Shown in pieces: positions 1 through 9,377 of a stretch of 64,000 bases of DNA. Both the position numbers and the translations under genes were made by a program. Position 1 is the first letter of the stretch. Each line of letters begins with the position of its first letter. Below the pieces are notes generated by a model, which was not told the DNA's origin, made no database searches, and saw only the letters and a list, made by a program, of their open reading frames with translations. This DNA comes from an uncultured Actinomycetota bacterium (GTDB taxonomy: Bacteria > Actinomycetota > Acidimicrobiia > Acidimicrobiales > Bog-793): positions 1,528,884 through 1,592,883 of the forward strand of contig CAVTJR010000003.1 of assembly GCA_963735115.1 (NCBI GenBank). The letters are read 5' to 3'.

Positions 1-1194
1 GACGACTCGGTCGTGCGCTCCGCCGCCGGCCGCATGCAGGCCGTGCGGCGATCGCGCGGCTTTGCCCCCGAGCCGCTCGCGCTGCCGAGTGCGGCACGGC
101 GGCAGGTGCTTGCAGTCGGGGCGGAGCTGAAGAACACCGTCTCGGTCGCCAAAGGTGCCGCCCTCGTCACGAGCCATCACATCGGCGACCTCGAGCACCT
201 TGCCACCTACCGGTCGTTCCTGCAGGCGTCGGCGCACCTCCCTGCCCTCTACGGCGTCGAGCCGGACGTCGTCGTGCACGACATGCACCCGGAGTACCTC
301 TCCACCAAGTACGCCCTCGATCTCGAGCTCGAGCCGTGGGCGGTCCAGCACCACCACGCCCATGTGGCCTCCTGCCTGGCCGAGCACGGGCGGACAGAGG
401 CGGTGCTGGGCGTGGTCTTCGACGGTCTCGGCCTCGGCCCCGACGGCGTCCTCTGGGGCGGCGAGTTCCTCGTGGCCGATCTGGAGGGTTTCGAGCGGGT
501 GGGGCACCTCGCTGCCGTCGACATGCCGGGGGGGACGGCGGCGATCAAGGAGCCCTGGCGGATGGCGCTCTCCTGGGTGGCTGCGACGGGCGGGGGCACT
601 GCGGCCGCTCAGCTCGGCCCCGGCCTTGACGAGCGGTGGCGAGCCGTTCTCCGTCTCCTCGAAGGTGACGGCCTCCTCCCGAGCACGACGAGCGTCGGCC
701 GGCTCTTCGATGCCGTGGCGGCCCTGCTCGGCATCCGCACGAAGATCACCTACGAGGGCCAGGCGGCCATCGAGCTCGAGGCGCTCGCCGCCGGCGTTCC
801 CGACGCCGTGGCGACGGCCTACCCCGTCGAGTTGCGCCAGGCAGAGACGACGGTCGTGCTCGATCCGGCTCCCTTGATCGGGGCCGTCATCGAGGAGCGG
901 CTCCGGGGAAGGTCGCCGGCGCTCATCGCCGCTGGGTTCCACAAAGGCCTCGGCACAGGGGCGGCGACCCTCGCCGCTCGACTGGCGCTGGACCGTCGTC
1001 TCGACACCGTGGCGCTCAGCGGTGGTGTCTTCCAGAACGCCCGCCTCACACGTGTCATGGAGGGCGAGCTCAAACGTCTCGGCCTGGCGGTGCTTGTGCA
1101 TGAGCTCGTACCGCCCAACGACGGCGGTATCAGCGTCGGTCAAGCCGCCATCGGGGCGACGGCGGCCGGCCCACCGCCCCTAGCTCGCCATTAG
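1..1194 (+). CDS. hypF: Hydrogenase maturation carbamoyltransferase HypF, C-terminal part (5'-partial)
   Basis: Frame is open from base 1 (DDSVVR). Motifs RRSRGFAP, GAELKNT, HDMHPEY, QHHHAH, LWGGE, TTSVGRLFDA, SGGVFQN, PPNDGGISVGQ. Confidence 0.95.
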   Translation, partial: DDSVVRSAAGRMQAVRRSRGFAPEPLALPSAARRQVLAVGAELKNTVSVAKGAALVTSHHIGDLEHLATYRSFLQASAHLPALYGVEPDVVVHDMHPEYLSTKYALDLELEPWAVQHHHAHVASCLAEHGRTEAVLGVVFDGLGLGPDGVLWGGEFLVADLEGFERVGHLAAVDMPGGTAAIKEPWRMALSWVAATGGGTAAAQLGPGLDERWRAVLRLLEGDGLLPSTTSVGRLFDAVAALLGIRTKITYEGQAAIELEALAAGVPDAVATAYPVELRQAETTVVLDPAPLIGAVIEERLRGRSPALIAAGFHKGLGTGAATLAARLALDRRLDTVALSGGVFQNARLTRVMEGELKRLGLAVLVHELVPPNDGGISVGQAAIGATAAGPPPLARH

Positions 1195-1251
1195 AAACCG
1201 ACAGCAGTCACACGGCTCCGCCCGGTCCCGAACCAGCTCGCGCAGCCGGCT

Positions 1252-2379
1252 TCACCTCCTGGGGCCGAGTCCGATGGCTACCTCCCGGTGGAGGCGGCCG
1301 AAGTTGTAGTAGGCAGCACATGCGCCCTCGGAGGAGACCATGCACGTGCCGATCGGCGTCTCCGGCGTGCAAGCCGTGCCGAACACCTTGCATTCCCAGG
1401 GCTTGATGACGCCCTTCAGCACCTCCCCGCACTGGCAGGCTTTCGGGTCGGCCACGCGGACACCCGGCACGCTGTAACGGAGCTCGGCGTCGAACTCGGC
1501 GAACTCCGGTCGCAGCTTGAGGGCGCTCTGGGAGATGAACCCGAGTCCGCGCCACTCGAAGTGGGGCCGGAGCTCGAACACCTCCGCCAGGATCTCGAGC
1601 GCCCGCGGGTTGCCCTCGTCGCGCACGCAGCGCGTGTACTGATTCTCGACACAGCACCTCCCTTGACGGATCTGGAGGAGGAGCATCTCGATCGCCTGCA
1701 GGATGTCGAGCGGCTCGAAGCCGGCCGTCACGAGCGGCTTCCCGTAGGTCTCCGGCACGAAGCGATAGGGCCGTTGCCCCACCACGGTCGAAACATGGCC
1801 GGGCCCGAGAAATCCGTCGAGCCGCAGATCCGGGGACTCGAGAATCGCTTTGATCGGCGGCACGATCGTGACGTGATTCGAGAAGACCGTGAAGTTCCTC
1901 ACGGCTTCCTGGCGGGCGCGCAGCAGGGTCACGGCGGTCGATGGCGCCGTCGTTTCGAAGCCGACGGCGAAGAACACAACCTCGCGGTCAGGGTTCTCCA
2001 CCGCCACCCGCAGGGCGTCGAGGGGCGAGTAGACGAAGCGGACGTCGGCACCGCGCGCCTTGGCCGACAGGAGGTTGCCCGCCGAGCCGGGCACTCGCAT
2101 CATGTCGCCGAACGACGTGAAGATGACGCCGGGCTCCTCCGCCACGGCGATGGCGTCGTCGATGCGACCCATCGGGATGACGCATACCGGACAACCAGGG
2201 CCGTGCACGAGCTCGATCGTGTCCGGCAGGACGTGCTCGATCCCATGGCGGTAGATCGTGTGCGTGTGGCCGCCGCAGACCTCCATGAACTTGAAGTGGT
2301 CCTCATCTGCCAGCTGACTGATCCGCGCAACGAGCGCTCGGGCCGCTGCTGGGTCGCGGTACTCGTCGACGAAGCGCAT
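1252..2379 (-). CDS. hypD: Hydrogenase formation protein HypD
   Basis: Motifs MEVCGGHTH, GPGCPVC, GFETTAP, PGHVS, C-terminal CxCxxxxxG...PxxC...C...GTCMVSSEGAC. Confidence 0.97.
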   Translation of the reverse strand: MRFVDEYRDPAAARALVARISQLADEDHFKFMEVCGGHTHTIYRHGIEHVLPDTIELVHGPGCPVCVIPMGRIDDAIAVAEEPGVIFTSFGDMMRVPGSAGNLLSAKARGADVRFVYSPLDALRVAVENPDREVVFFAVGFETTAPSTAVTLLRARQEAVRNFTVFSNHVTIVPPIKAILESPDLRLDGFLGPGHVSTVVGQRPYRFVPETYGKPLVTAGFEPLDILQAIEMLLLQIRQGRCCVENQYTRCVRDEGNPRALEILAEVFELRPHFEWRGLGFISQSALKLRPEFAEFDAELRYSVPGVRVADPKACQCGEVLKGVIKPWECKVFGTACTPETPIGTCMVSSEGACAAYYNFGRLHREVAIGLGPRR

Positions 2380-2383
2380 GGCC

Positions 2384-2656
2384 TCAGGTGATCTTCGAGT
2401 CGACGACGGAGCGAACCTCGTCCTCGTAGGCCTGACCCATCAATCTCAGGCCGGACATCGCCAGTTCCGCCTCCTCCTCGTCAATCTTCGACATGGCGAA
2501 GCCGACGTGTATCAGCACCCAGTCTCCCGGAACGATGCCCTCATCCTCGAGCAGCCCATAGTTGATGTTGCGCCGCACGCCGGCGACGTCGACCTTCGCC
2601 AGCTGGCGAACGGGGTCGACGATCTCGACAACTTCACCTGGAATGCCGAGGCACAT
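2384..2656 (-). CDS. hypC: Hydrogenase chaperone HypC
   Basis: MCLGIPG start at 2656 preceded by GGAGGAG RBS; GDWVLIHVGFAMSKIDEEEA. The listed ORF start 2800 is too far upstream. Confidence 0.95.
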   Translation of the reverse strand: MCLGIPGEVVEIVDPVRQLAKVDVAGVRRNINYGLLEDEGIVPGDWVLIHVGFAMSKIDEEEAELAMSGLRLMGQAYEDEVRSVVDSKIT

Positions 2657-2659
2657 GGC

Positions 2660-3006
2660 TTCTCCTCCCTGTCGAGCCCGGTACCCGATCAGCTCGAGCG
2701 TGAGCTCGTCGCCGCCGATCTGTGACACCCGCGGGCACCGCAAGCGGGGCAGGCGATGATCGGCTTGCTCGACTCGAATGTCTCCCAACAGGTCAAGCAT
2801 CTACCCCTGACCGGCATGAGCACCAGCTCGGCTCTGAGCGAGTCACTCACGCAGCCGGCGGCCGCCGGCGCGAACGACTGCTCGAAGGCTTCCGGGTGCG
2901 CGTGATGCAGCGGACCGACGCGGGCGCGCACGCCCGCCACGGGACGCTCCCCGGTGCGCTTCTCGACGACATCGACGATCGCCTCGCAGAGGCTGAGCTC
3001 GTGCAT
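2660..3006 (-). pseudogene. hypA: Nickel metallochaperone HypA, frameshifted near 2730
   Basis: MHELSLC start and two CxxC motifs (CLTC, CPAC). The HypA-type C-terminus GGDELTLELIGY lies in another frame. Confidence 0.8.
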
Positions 3007-3518
3007 CACCCCGCCTTGGCGACGATCCGGACCCGGATGGTGACGTCCGGGTACACCCGCAACATCATGATCCTCGGAGGTTCCATCCCGAAGTCCCGCA
3101 GGTTGAACACGTGCTGCCCCTCGAATACGACGGTGCCACCCGCGAGGGTCGAGAATGTCACCTCGTCGGCCACCCGCTGGGTGACGCCCCGGAACGTGAT
3201 GTCCCCGTCAGCCACGTAGCTCCCCTTCGTCTCGCCCGGCGTCAGCTGTCGCAGGACTGCGGTGATCGCCGGGAAGCGTCTGGCTTCCACGCGCCGCATC
3301 ATCTCCCGGTCGTACAAGCCGTTGCCTGATGACATCTCGGCGATCGGCAGCTCCAGGTGGGCTCGCACGGGCGATGACAGGTTGACGAGCCCGTCGGCCC
3401 CGACCTCGCCCTCGAAGTAGCCGTCCATCCCGTGAGTCTCCGAGTGGATCGGATGAAGGCTCGAGCGTGCCTCGATCCACACGGTGGTCTCGTCCGGGTC
3501 GATGGTGTAACGGCCCAT
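3006..3518 (-). CDS. YceI-like (lipid/polyisoprenoid-binding fold) protein
   Basis: WIEARSSLHPIH, SSGNGLYDREM, GDITFRGVT, RDFGMEPP. Its stop overlaps the hypA start (TGATG). Confidence 0.75.
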   Translation of the reverse strand: MGRYTIDPDETTVWIEARSSLHPIHSETHGMDGYFEGEVGADGLVNLSSPVRAHLELPIAEMSSGNGLYDREMMRRVEARRFPAITAVLRQLTPGETKGSYVADGDITFRGVTQRVADEVTFSTLAGGTVVFEGQHVFNLRDFGMEPPRIMMLRVYPDVTIRVRIVAKAG

Positions 3519-3564
3519 CAGCGCACCCGCCGGCTGGGTCGATGCGCTCGGCGAAGCGCCACGG

Positions 3565-3669
3565 TCACAGCGCTCGAGTCTTCAGGTACGAGGCGATGTC
3601 CGGGCGCGACCGACCTACGAGAGCCGTGATGACGGCGAACACAAGTGTCAACGGCACCGTTTCGATCAC
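3565..3669 (-). CDS. 34-aa small membrane protein (DUF6893-like, typical of actinobacterial hydrogenase clusters)
   Basis: Not in the ORF track. GTG start after a purine-rich RBS; VIETVPLTLVFAVITALVGRSRPDIASYLKTRAL has a hydrophobic helix plus a PDIxxYLxxRxM-like tail. Confidence 0.6.
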   Translation of the reverse strand: MIETVPLTLVFAVITALVGRSRPDIASYLKTRAL

Positions 3670-3887
3670 GTTTCTCTCCCCCTTCTTCCTTGCGGGCGGG
3701 ATGTCCCCGCGCCACGGAGGCCTGCGAGCATACGCGGCACGCCGGTGGCATCGACGCCGGCGGGTCCCTGCCCGAGCGTCGACCGGAGTCGACGGCAGCG
3801 TGACGGCGAGGTGTACGGCGCCGTCGACTCAGTTGAGCCCATGCCGGAGGTCCCGCCCGTCGCGGGCAGTCGTCGCACTGTGGAGGT

Positions 3888-6731
3888 TCAGCCGACGAGC
3901 GGCTCGCCCGACAGCTCGGAGACGATCCTCCTAGCCTCGTGGGCAAGGCGCAGTGTCGACTCCCAACCAGGTGGAGCGATCGGCATGAGGTCTCCGATGG
4001 CCACCTCGATGCCGGCGCGGCGAGGAAACTTCTCACCGGGCCGCACGACGTCGCGGGTCCCTCGGATGCCGATCGGCAGCACTGGCGTGGAGGTCTCGGT
4101 GGCGGCGGCGAACGCTCCCAGGTGGAACGGCCGCAGCCCGACAGCCCTGTCGACCGACCCCTCGGGGAACGCCGCCAGGCGGTGGCCGGACCGAAGTACG
4201 TCGACGAGCCTCTCGGCAGCCCCGAGCTCCTCGCTGACGGCCTCCCGGGCGACGAACTGACATCCCAGCCGTCGGAGGAACGGCCCGGCGATCCATTGTC
4301 GCTCGAGGACGTCTCCTGCCACGAAGGTGACCGGCTCCGGCAGGCACTCGATGAGGATGAGACCATCGATGAAGCTCATGTGATTGCCGACGGCCACGTA
4401 ACGCCTTGCCCGCTCCGGCGCTTTCCCGTGCACGGTCAGGCGCACGCCGACCATCGTGCAGAGCCCGCGGCCGGCCGCCCGCACGAGCGACCAGCGAAGC
4501 TGGGGTGACGGGAGAAGGCGCACGCCGATCCACACGGGTATCCCCACGACGAGCACGACCGCCCATGCATAGGCAGCAAACGCCAGAGAACCCGCTGCCT
4601 CGGCCAGACGGCGCAGCCTCGGACGGCTTGCCGACAACCCGAAACGAAGAGCCTGCAACCGCGGGCCGAGTGGGCGCCGCCCGATCTCGTGGCGCTCGTA
4701 GCGGTCCCGGGTGGCGCTCCTCCGGATTTTGCCACTTGGCGTCTTGAGGACGCTGCCGGGTGGCGCCAGCACGACATCGTCAGGCGGCGTGCCCGCCACC
4801 TCCGCGATGGTGGCCCGCACGCGAGCGAGCAGCTCGGAACGAGCCGCTTCGTCGCGGCCGTCCAGGTTGGTCTCCACGACCGCCACGAGACGTTCGGTTG
4901 CCTGCCGCGGGTCGGGGACGGCGAACACGGCTACGCAGCCTCGCCTGGCGCCCGCCAGATGGCCGATCGCTTCCTCCAAGTCCTCCGGGTGCAGGTTGCG
5001 GCCCGCTCTGATGACGAGGTCCTTGGCTCGACCGGTCAGGTAGATCTCGCCCGATACGAGGTAGCCGATGTCGCCCGTGTCGAGCCAGCCGCCGTGGAAG
5101 AGGGCGTCGGTGGCGGCGGCGTCGCCGAAGTAGCCGCTCGTCGCCGAGGGGCCGGTGAACTGGATGCGCCCTTCCCGGCGCTCGGGTAGCTCGTGCCCGA
5201 GGGTGTCGACGACGCGGATGGCATAGCCCGGCAGCGGCGCCCCGCAGGATACGACCGCCCGCGTGACGCCGGCGCGCCCGGCGGGCACCGCCCGCCCGAG
5301 GCGGGCGAGCTCCTCGCGCTCCACGACGTCCACGAGCGGTGGGCGCCCGAGTGGCGGGAAGGTGAGGCCGACGCCGGCTTCCGCCAGCCCGTAGACGGGC
5401 GCCATCGCCTCGCGCCGGAACCCGTATGGCCCGAAACGCTCGAGGAAGCGGTCGATCGTGTCGGCGCTCACCGGTTCGGCGCCGTTGCACGCCAGACGCC
5501 ACGAGGAGAGGTCGATGCCGGCGAGCTCCTCCTCAGTGACATGGCGAGTGACGAACTCGTACCCGAAATTCGGCGAGGCCGACAGCGTGCCGCCCGACTC
5601 GGAGATGGCCCGGAGCCAACGGGACGGTCGGGCAAGGAACGCAAGCGTCGGCATGATCGCGAAGAGGTAGCCGAAGTACAAGCTCGAGAGCCATCCACCG
5701 ATGAGCCCCATGTCGTGGTACAGGGGGAGCCAGCTGACGAAGACGTCCGCCGACCCGAGGCCGACAGCAGACCCCATCGCCCGGATGTTCGCCAGTAGCT
5801 GGTCGTGGCTGAGCACGACCCCTTTCGGGCTGCCCGTGCTGCCGGAGGAGTACTGGATGAATGCCGGGCTCGAGGCCGCCACCGCGGGCAGTCCCAGGTG
5901 ACCGGAGGCTTCGGCTCGCAACTCCGCCACCGTCATGCAGGCGCGCAATTGCGGTACGTCCGCCTTGAGCAGGCGGGCCACCGGGGCAACGGTCTCATCG
6001 GAGACGAGCAGGGAGATCGACGCATCCTTGAGAATGCGTGCCTGGCGCCGAAGGTGATCCTCGAGCAGCAACGGACGGCTTGGTGGGTAGAGCGGAACCG
6101 GTATCGCCCCACAGAGGGCGATACCGAGGAAGGCCTCGAAGTAGTCGACCCCGGTCGGCAGCATGAGTGCCACCGTGGAGCCAGGACTGATCGATTCCCG
6201 CCGAAGCCCCTTTGCCACCTCCCGAGCGCCTCGTGTGAGCTCGCCGTAGGTGAGCTCACAGAGCCCAGCGGGAGCGTCTGACACATGCAACAGCCGGGCA
6301 TGGAGGCGATCGCCGTGGTGGTCCTCGTGCCAGGCCAACACGTCGATCAGCGTCTCTGCTCTAGAGAGCGCCTCGGCGTCGAGCTCGGCCGGTTCGGCCG
6401 CCTTCGCCCGCTCGCCAGACCACTCCCGACCAGGAGAACGTCCCCGCGCGGCCCGGGTGGCGCGGAGCCAGTCTTCAGGCGTCTCGGCCGTCGTGAAGAC
6501 CTCGTCGGGCAGCTGCACTCCGAAGGCGGCTTCGACGCGGGCACGGAGCTCTACGAGCGCCAGGCTGTCGATCCCGAGGTCCGCCGCCAGGCGACTGGTG
6601 AGGCGGACGGGCGGCGCCCACTTGGAGGACTCGTGCAGCTCGGCGACGAGACCCTTTGTGATCCCGAGCATTGCGTCCGCCGCCGCCGCGTCGTCGCCGT
6701 CCGCATGCTGGCCTGATCCGAGAGCACTCAC
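3888..6731 (-). CDS. Fusion of acyl carrier domain, fatty acyl-AMP ligase-type adenylation domain and PlsC-type acyltransferase
   Basis: LGIDSLALVEL (phosphopantetheine Ser); QYSSGSTGSPKG, SWLPLYHDMGLIG, YGLAE, TGD, KTPSGKIRR; NHMSFID (HX4D) and FPEG. Confidence 0.9.
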   Translation of the reverse strand: MSALGSGQHADGDDAAAADAMLGITKGLVAELHESSKWAPPVRLTSRLAADLGIDSLALVELRARVEAAFGVQLPDEVFTTAETPEDWLRATRAARGRSPGREWSGERAKAAEPAELDAEALSRAETLIDVLAWHEDHHGDRLHARLLHVSDAPAGLCELTYGELTRGAREVAKGLRRESISPGSTVALMLPTGVDYFEAFLGIALCGAIPVPLYPPSRPLLLEDHLRRQARILKDASISLLVSDETVAPVARLLKADVPQLRACMTVAELRAEASGHLGLPAVAASSPAFIQYSSGSTGSPKGVVLSHDQLLANIRAMGSAVGLGSADVFVSWLPLYHDMGLIGGWLSSLYFGYLFAIMPTLAFLARPSRWLRAISESGGTLSASPNFGYEFVTRHVTEEELAGIDLSSWRLACNGAEPVSADTIDRFLERFGPYGFRREAMAPVYGLAEAGVGLTFPPLGRPPLVDVVEREELARLGRAVPAGRAGVTRAVVSCGAPLPGYAIRVVDTLGHELPERREGRIQFTGPSATSGYFGDAAATDALFHGGWLDTGDIGYLVSGEIYLTGRAKDLVIRAGRNLHPEDLEEAIGHLAGARRGCVAVFAVPDPRQATERLVAVVETNLDGRDEAARSELLARVRATIAEVAGTPPDDVVLAPPGSVLKTPSGKIRRSATRDRYERHEIGRRPLGPRLQALRFGLSASRPRLRRLAEAAGSLAFAAYAWAVVLVVGIPVWIGVRLLPSPQLRWSLVRAAGRGLCTMVGVRLTVHGKAPERARRYVAVGNHMSFIDGLILIECLPEPVTFVAGDVLERQWIAGPFLRRLGCQFVAREAVSEELGAAERLVDVLRSGHRLAAFPEGSVDRAVGLRPFHLGAFAAATETSTPVLPIGIRGTRDVVRPGEKFPRRAGIEVAIGDLMPIAPPGWESTLRLAHEARRIVSELSGEPLVG

Positions 6732-6794
6732 ATACGTGATCCGGAGCCGAGGAGGACACCATCCATGGAGGCTGAAGTCATCGACTCAAGAAAG

Positions 6795-6808
6795 AGGACG
6801 TTCGCCTC
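6795..6808 (+). promoter_or_regulatory. Degenerate DevR/DosR-like box upstream of hsp20
   Basis: AGGACGTTCGCCTC, followed 23 nt later by CACCAT (6832-6837). Confidence 0.5.
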
Positions 6809-6865
6809 TGGCGGGCGTACGTCCCGCCCCGCACCATACATGTGTACCCAGAGAAGGGACGCACC

Positions 6866-7318
6866 ATGACAATGATTAAACACCAGGAAGCACGGAAGCT
6901 GGAGCCATTCGATCGGTTCTTCGGCCAATGGCCCGAGATCTTCCACCGGCCGCTCATCTTCTGGCCGGAAGAAGCCGAAGCCACGCTGCGGGTTGAGGAG
7001 TACCAGGAGAACGGGACTCGAGTCATCCGAGCTGAAATGCCTGGGATCGACCCCGACAAGGACGTGGAGGTCACGGTCCTCGACGGCGTGCTCCACATCG
7101 GAGCCCAGCGCCTGGCGGAGGAGAAGTCGGAGACGAAGCGCTACGCCCGGCGCGAGCTTCGCTACGGGTCCTTCTCCCGCGACCTGCCGCTGCCAGAAGG
7201 TTGCGCCGCAGCCGACGTCAAGGCGACCTACAAGGACGGCATCCTCGAGTTCCGTCTGCCGGCTGCTTCGATGGCGAAGAAGGCCGAACCGAAGAAGATC
7301 CCGGTAGCCAAGGTTTGA
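6866..7318 (+). CDS. Hsp20/alpha-crystallin small heat shock protein
   Basis: IRAEMPGIDPDKDVEV, RELRYGSFSRDLPLP, ATYKDGILE; GAAGGGA RBS before ATG 6866. Confidence 0.95.
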   Translation: MTMIKHQEARKLEPFDRFFGQWPEIFHRPLIFWPEEAEATLRVEEYQENGTRVIRAEMPGIDPDKDVEVTVLDGVLHIGAQRLAEEKSETKRYARRELRYGSFSRDLPLPEGCAAADVKATYKDGILEFRLPAASMAKKAEPKKIPVAKV

Positions 7319-7329
7319 GTTGACACCTC

Positions 7330-7382
7330 GCCCCGGGGCAGCCCGTTTCGCCAGGGAACCGGCTGCTCCGGGGCTTTCGTTT
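7330..7382 (+). terminator. Intrinsic terminator after hsp20
   Basis: Stem GCCCCGGGGCAGCC...GGCTGCTCCGGGGC followed by TTTCGTTT. Confidence 0.8.
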
Positions 7383-7519
7383 CCTCCGCCGTCGCTAGGG
7401 AGCGTCCTAGGACTGCACGTCGATCTCTTCGGTTCAGGCTCCGGATGACGTAGTCGGATACGTGAACAAGGTAGCGGTCGGTCGCTGCCGGCGGCGTGTC
7501 CCGCTCAGCACCGCGGGAT

Positions 7520-7533
7520 GAGTCGTTTGACCC
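7520..7533 (+). promoter_or_regulatory. DevR/DosR-like box
   Basis: GAGTCGTTTGACCC(TA), followed 23 nt later by CATGCT (7557-7562). Confidence 0.55.
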
Positions 7534-7609
7534 TAGCGGTGCAGTTGCTGTCAACCCATGCTGATGTGAGCCGGGAAATGCCGCGTGCCCGGCGGGAAGG
7601 TGCCTTCCG

Positions 7610-8239
7610 ATGGTGAAGATCGCCACCTGCGACGGTGCACCGGGTCTTGAGGACCCTCTCTTGCCCCAGCCGGAAGGCAGCGTGCGCCTCGACGAGCACA
7701 CCCTCTGCATCGGCGCCGCCGTGACTCTCCAGGAGCTCGTCGACGACGAGCGCGTACCGGCCGTCATCCGCCACGCCGCACGGCGAGATCAGCCGCGGGC
7801 GGTGCGCACGCTCGCGACCGTGGGCGACTGTGTGAGTGCGGCCGACTCCGACAGCGAGCTGCTCTCGACTCTGCTCGCCTACGACGCCACCGTGACCGTC
7901 TACGACCGGCACCGCTCGATGACGATGCCGCTGGCGCGGGCCTTGAGCGGACACGCCAGCCTCATCCGATGCCTGGTTACGGCGCTCGTGATCGAAACCG
8001 ACGGCGTCGCCTTCGCTGCCAGAGTGGGGCGCGCTCCGGACGAGCGCCCCGTCGTGGCGGCTGTCGCTCGTCGGAAGATGAACGGCGAGTTGCGCGTGGC
8101 GCTCTCCGGCGTCGCCACGTTCCCCGTCGTGGCAGCGAAAACCGACGTAGTCGACCCGCCCGGGGACGTCACGGCGTCGAACGAGTACCGGCGCGTGCTG
8201 GCGACCACGGTGATGATCCGGGCCCTTGAAGGCGTCTGA
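7610..8239 (+). CDS. Molybdenum hydroxylase FAD-binding subunit homolog (YgfM/CoxM-like), N-terminally short
   Basis: IGAAVTLQEL, VRTLATVG, RVALSGVA, DPPGDVTASNEYRRVLA. It lacks the usual N-terminal PxSLxEA/AGGT segment. Confidence 0.7.
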   Translation: MVKIATCDGAPGLEDPLLPQPEGSVRLDEHTLCIGAAVTLQELVDDERVPAVIRHAARRDQPRAVRTLATVGDCVSAADSDSELLSTLLAYDATVTVYDRHRSMTMPLARALSGHASLIRCLVTALVIETDGVAFAARVGRAPDERPVVAAVARRKMNGELRVALSGVATFPVVAAKTDVVDPPGDVTASNEYRRVLATTVMIRALEGV

Positions 8240-8250
8240 CACGAGCAAGC

Positions 8251-9255
8251 TCAGCTAGCGGCCTGCGGGGCTCGATGAAATGCCTCCTCGTTGACCAAGG
8301 TGGGCGGGCGCCGCCCCCCGAGGGCCGCGAGGATGTTGTCGACCGCCAGCATTCCCATCGCCAGGCGCGTGTCGACGGTGGCACTTCCGAGATGAGGGCA
8401 GAGCACGACCCTCGGCTGCCCGAGCAGCCGAGGTGACACCTCCGGCTCCCGCTCGAACACGTCGAGTCCGGCAGCGAAGATCCTTCCTCGCTCGAGAGCC
8501 TCGGCGAGCGCCTCCTCGTCCACGACCGGACCGCGGGAGGTGTTGACGAGCACGGCCGTCGGCTTCATCGTGGCGAGGCGGGCGCCCGTGATGAGATGCC
8601 GGGTCTCCTCGGTCAGATTGACGTGGAGACTGACGAAATCAGCGACGGCGAGCAGCTCATCGAGCGTCATCGACTCGGCACCATCGGCGCCACGGCCGGA
8701 TGCCGGCGTGCTCGGGGAGTGGGCGACGTACACGACACGCATCCCGAAACCCGTCGCCCGCCGCGCCACCGCCCGCCCGATCCGCCCGAACCCGATGATG
8801 CCGAGCGTGCGCCCGTAGACGTCGCGCCCGAGCATCGTCTCGGGTCCCCAGGCCCATGGCTGGCCGGAGCGGAGGAGACGATCTCCCTCGGCAACCCTGC
8901 GGGCTGCCGCCATCAGGAGCGCCCAGGCCATGTCGGCCGTGGCCTCGGTCAGCACGTCCGGCGTGTTCGTCACCATGACCGACCGAGCGGTGCAGGCATC
9001 GACGTCGACGTTGTCGACCCCGACGGCATAATTGGCAACGACACGAAGCTGGTTCCCTGCCGCCTCGAGCAGCTCGACGTCGACCCGCTCGGTCAGCAAG
9101 GTGACGATGCCCCGCTTGCCCCTCGCATCGCGGAGAAGGACGTCGCGCGGTATGGCCGCCTCGCCATGCCAGCAGGACAGCTCGCACTCGGCAGCGAGTC
9201 GATCCATGACGGCGGCCGGTAGCCTCCTTGTCAGGAGCACTGGCTCGCGGGGCAC
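8251..9255 (-). CDS. D-isomer 2-hydroxyacid dehydrogenase (glyoxylate/hydroxypyruvate reductase type)
   Basis: ANYAVGVDNVD, NTPDVLTEATAD, GFGRIG, NTSRGPVVDE, GLDVFERE, PHLGSAT. Confidence 0.93.
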   Translation of the reverse strand: MPREPVLLTRRLPAAVMDRLAAECELSCWHGEAAIPRDVLLRDARGKRGIVTLLTERVDVELLEAAGNQLRVVANYAVGVDNVDVDACTARSVMVTNTPDVLTEATADMAWALLMAAARRVAEGDRLLRSGQPWAWGPETMLGRDVYGRTLGIIGFGRIGRAVARRATGFGMRVVYVAHSPSTPASGRGADGAESMTLDELLAVADFVSLHVNLTEETRHLITGARLATMKPTAVLVNTSRGPVVDEEALAEALERGRIFAAGLDVFEREPEVSPRLLGQPRVVLCPHLGSATVDTRLAMGMLAVDNILAALGGRRPPTLVNEEAFHRAPQAAS

Positions 9256-9363
9256 TCACGCGAACCTACAACGGCAGAAGGGGGACCATGAGTCTTCGTG
9301 GGCACTCGTCGGTACAGCTCGGGACGTGCGCGGCGAGGCGGCGCCCCTGGCCAGGTCGACTTT

Positions 9364-9377
9364 GGGCCGAAGGACCC
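9364..9377 (+). promoter_or_regulatory. DevR/DosR-like box upstream of the ade-xdh operon
   Basis: GGGCCGAAGGACCC(TA), followed 23 nt later by CAGGCT (9401-9406). A weaker copy TGACCGAAGGTTCA at 9547-9560 has CACTTT 23 nt later. Confidence 0.7.

Noticed and set aside
2657-2800. N-terminal extension of HypC in the ORF track
   Set aside because: It overlaps hypA and contains the displaced HypA tail; the true HypC start is the MC motif at 2656.
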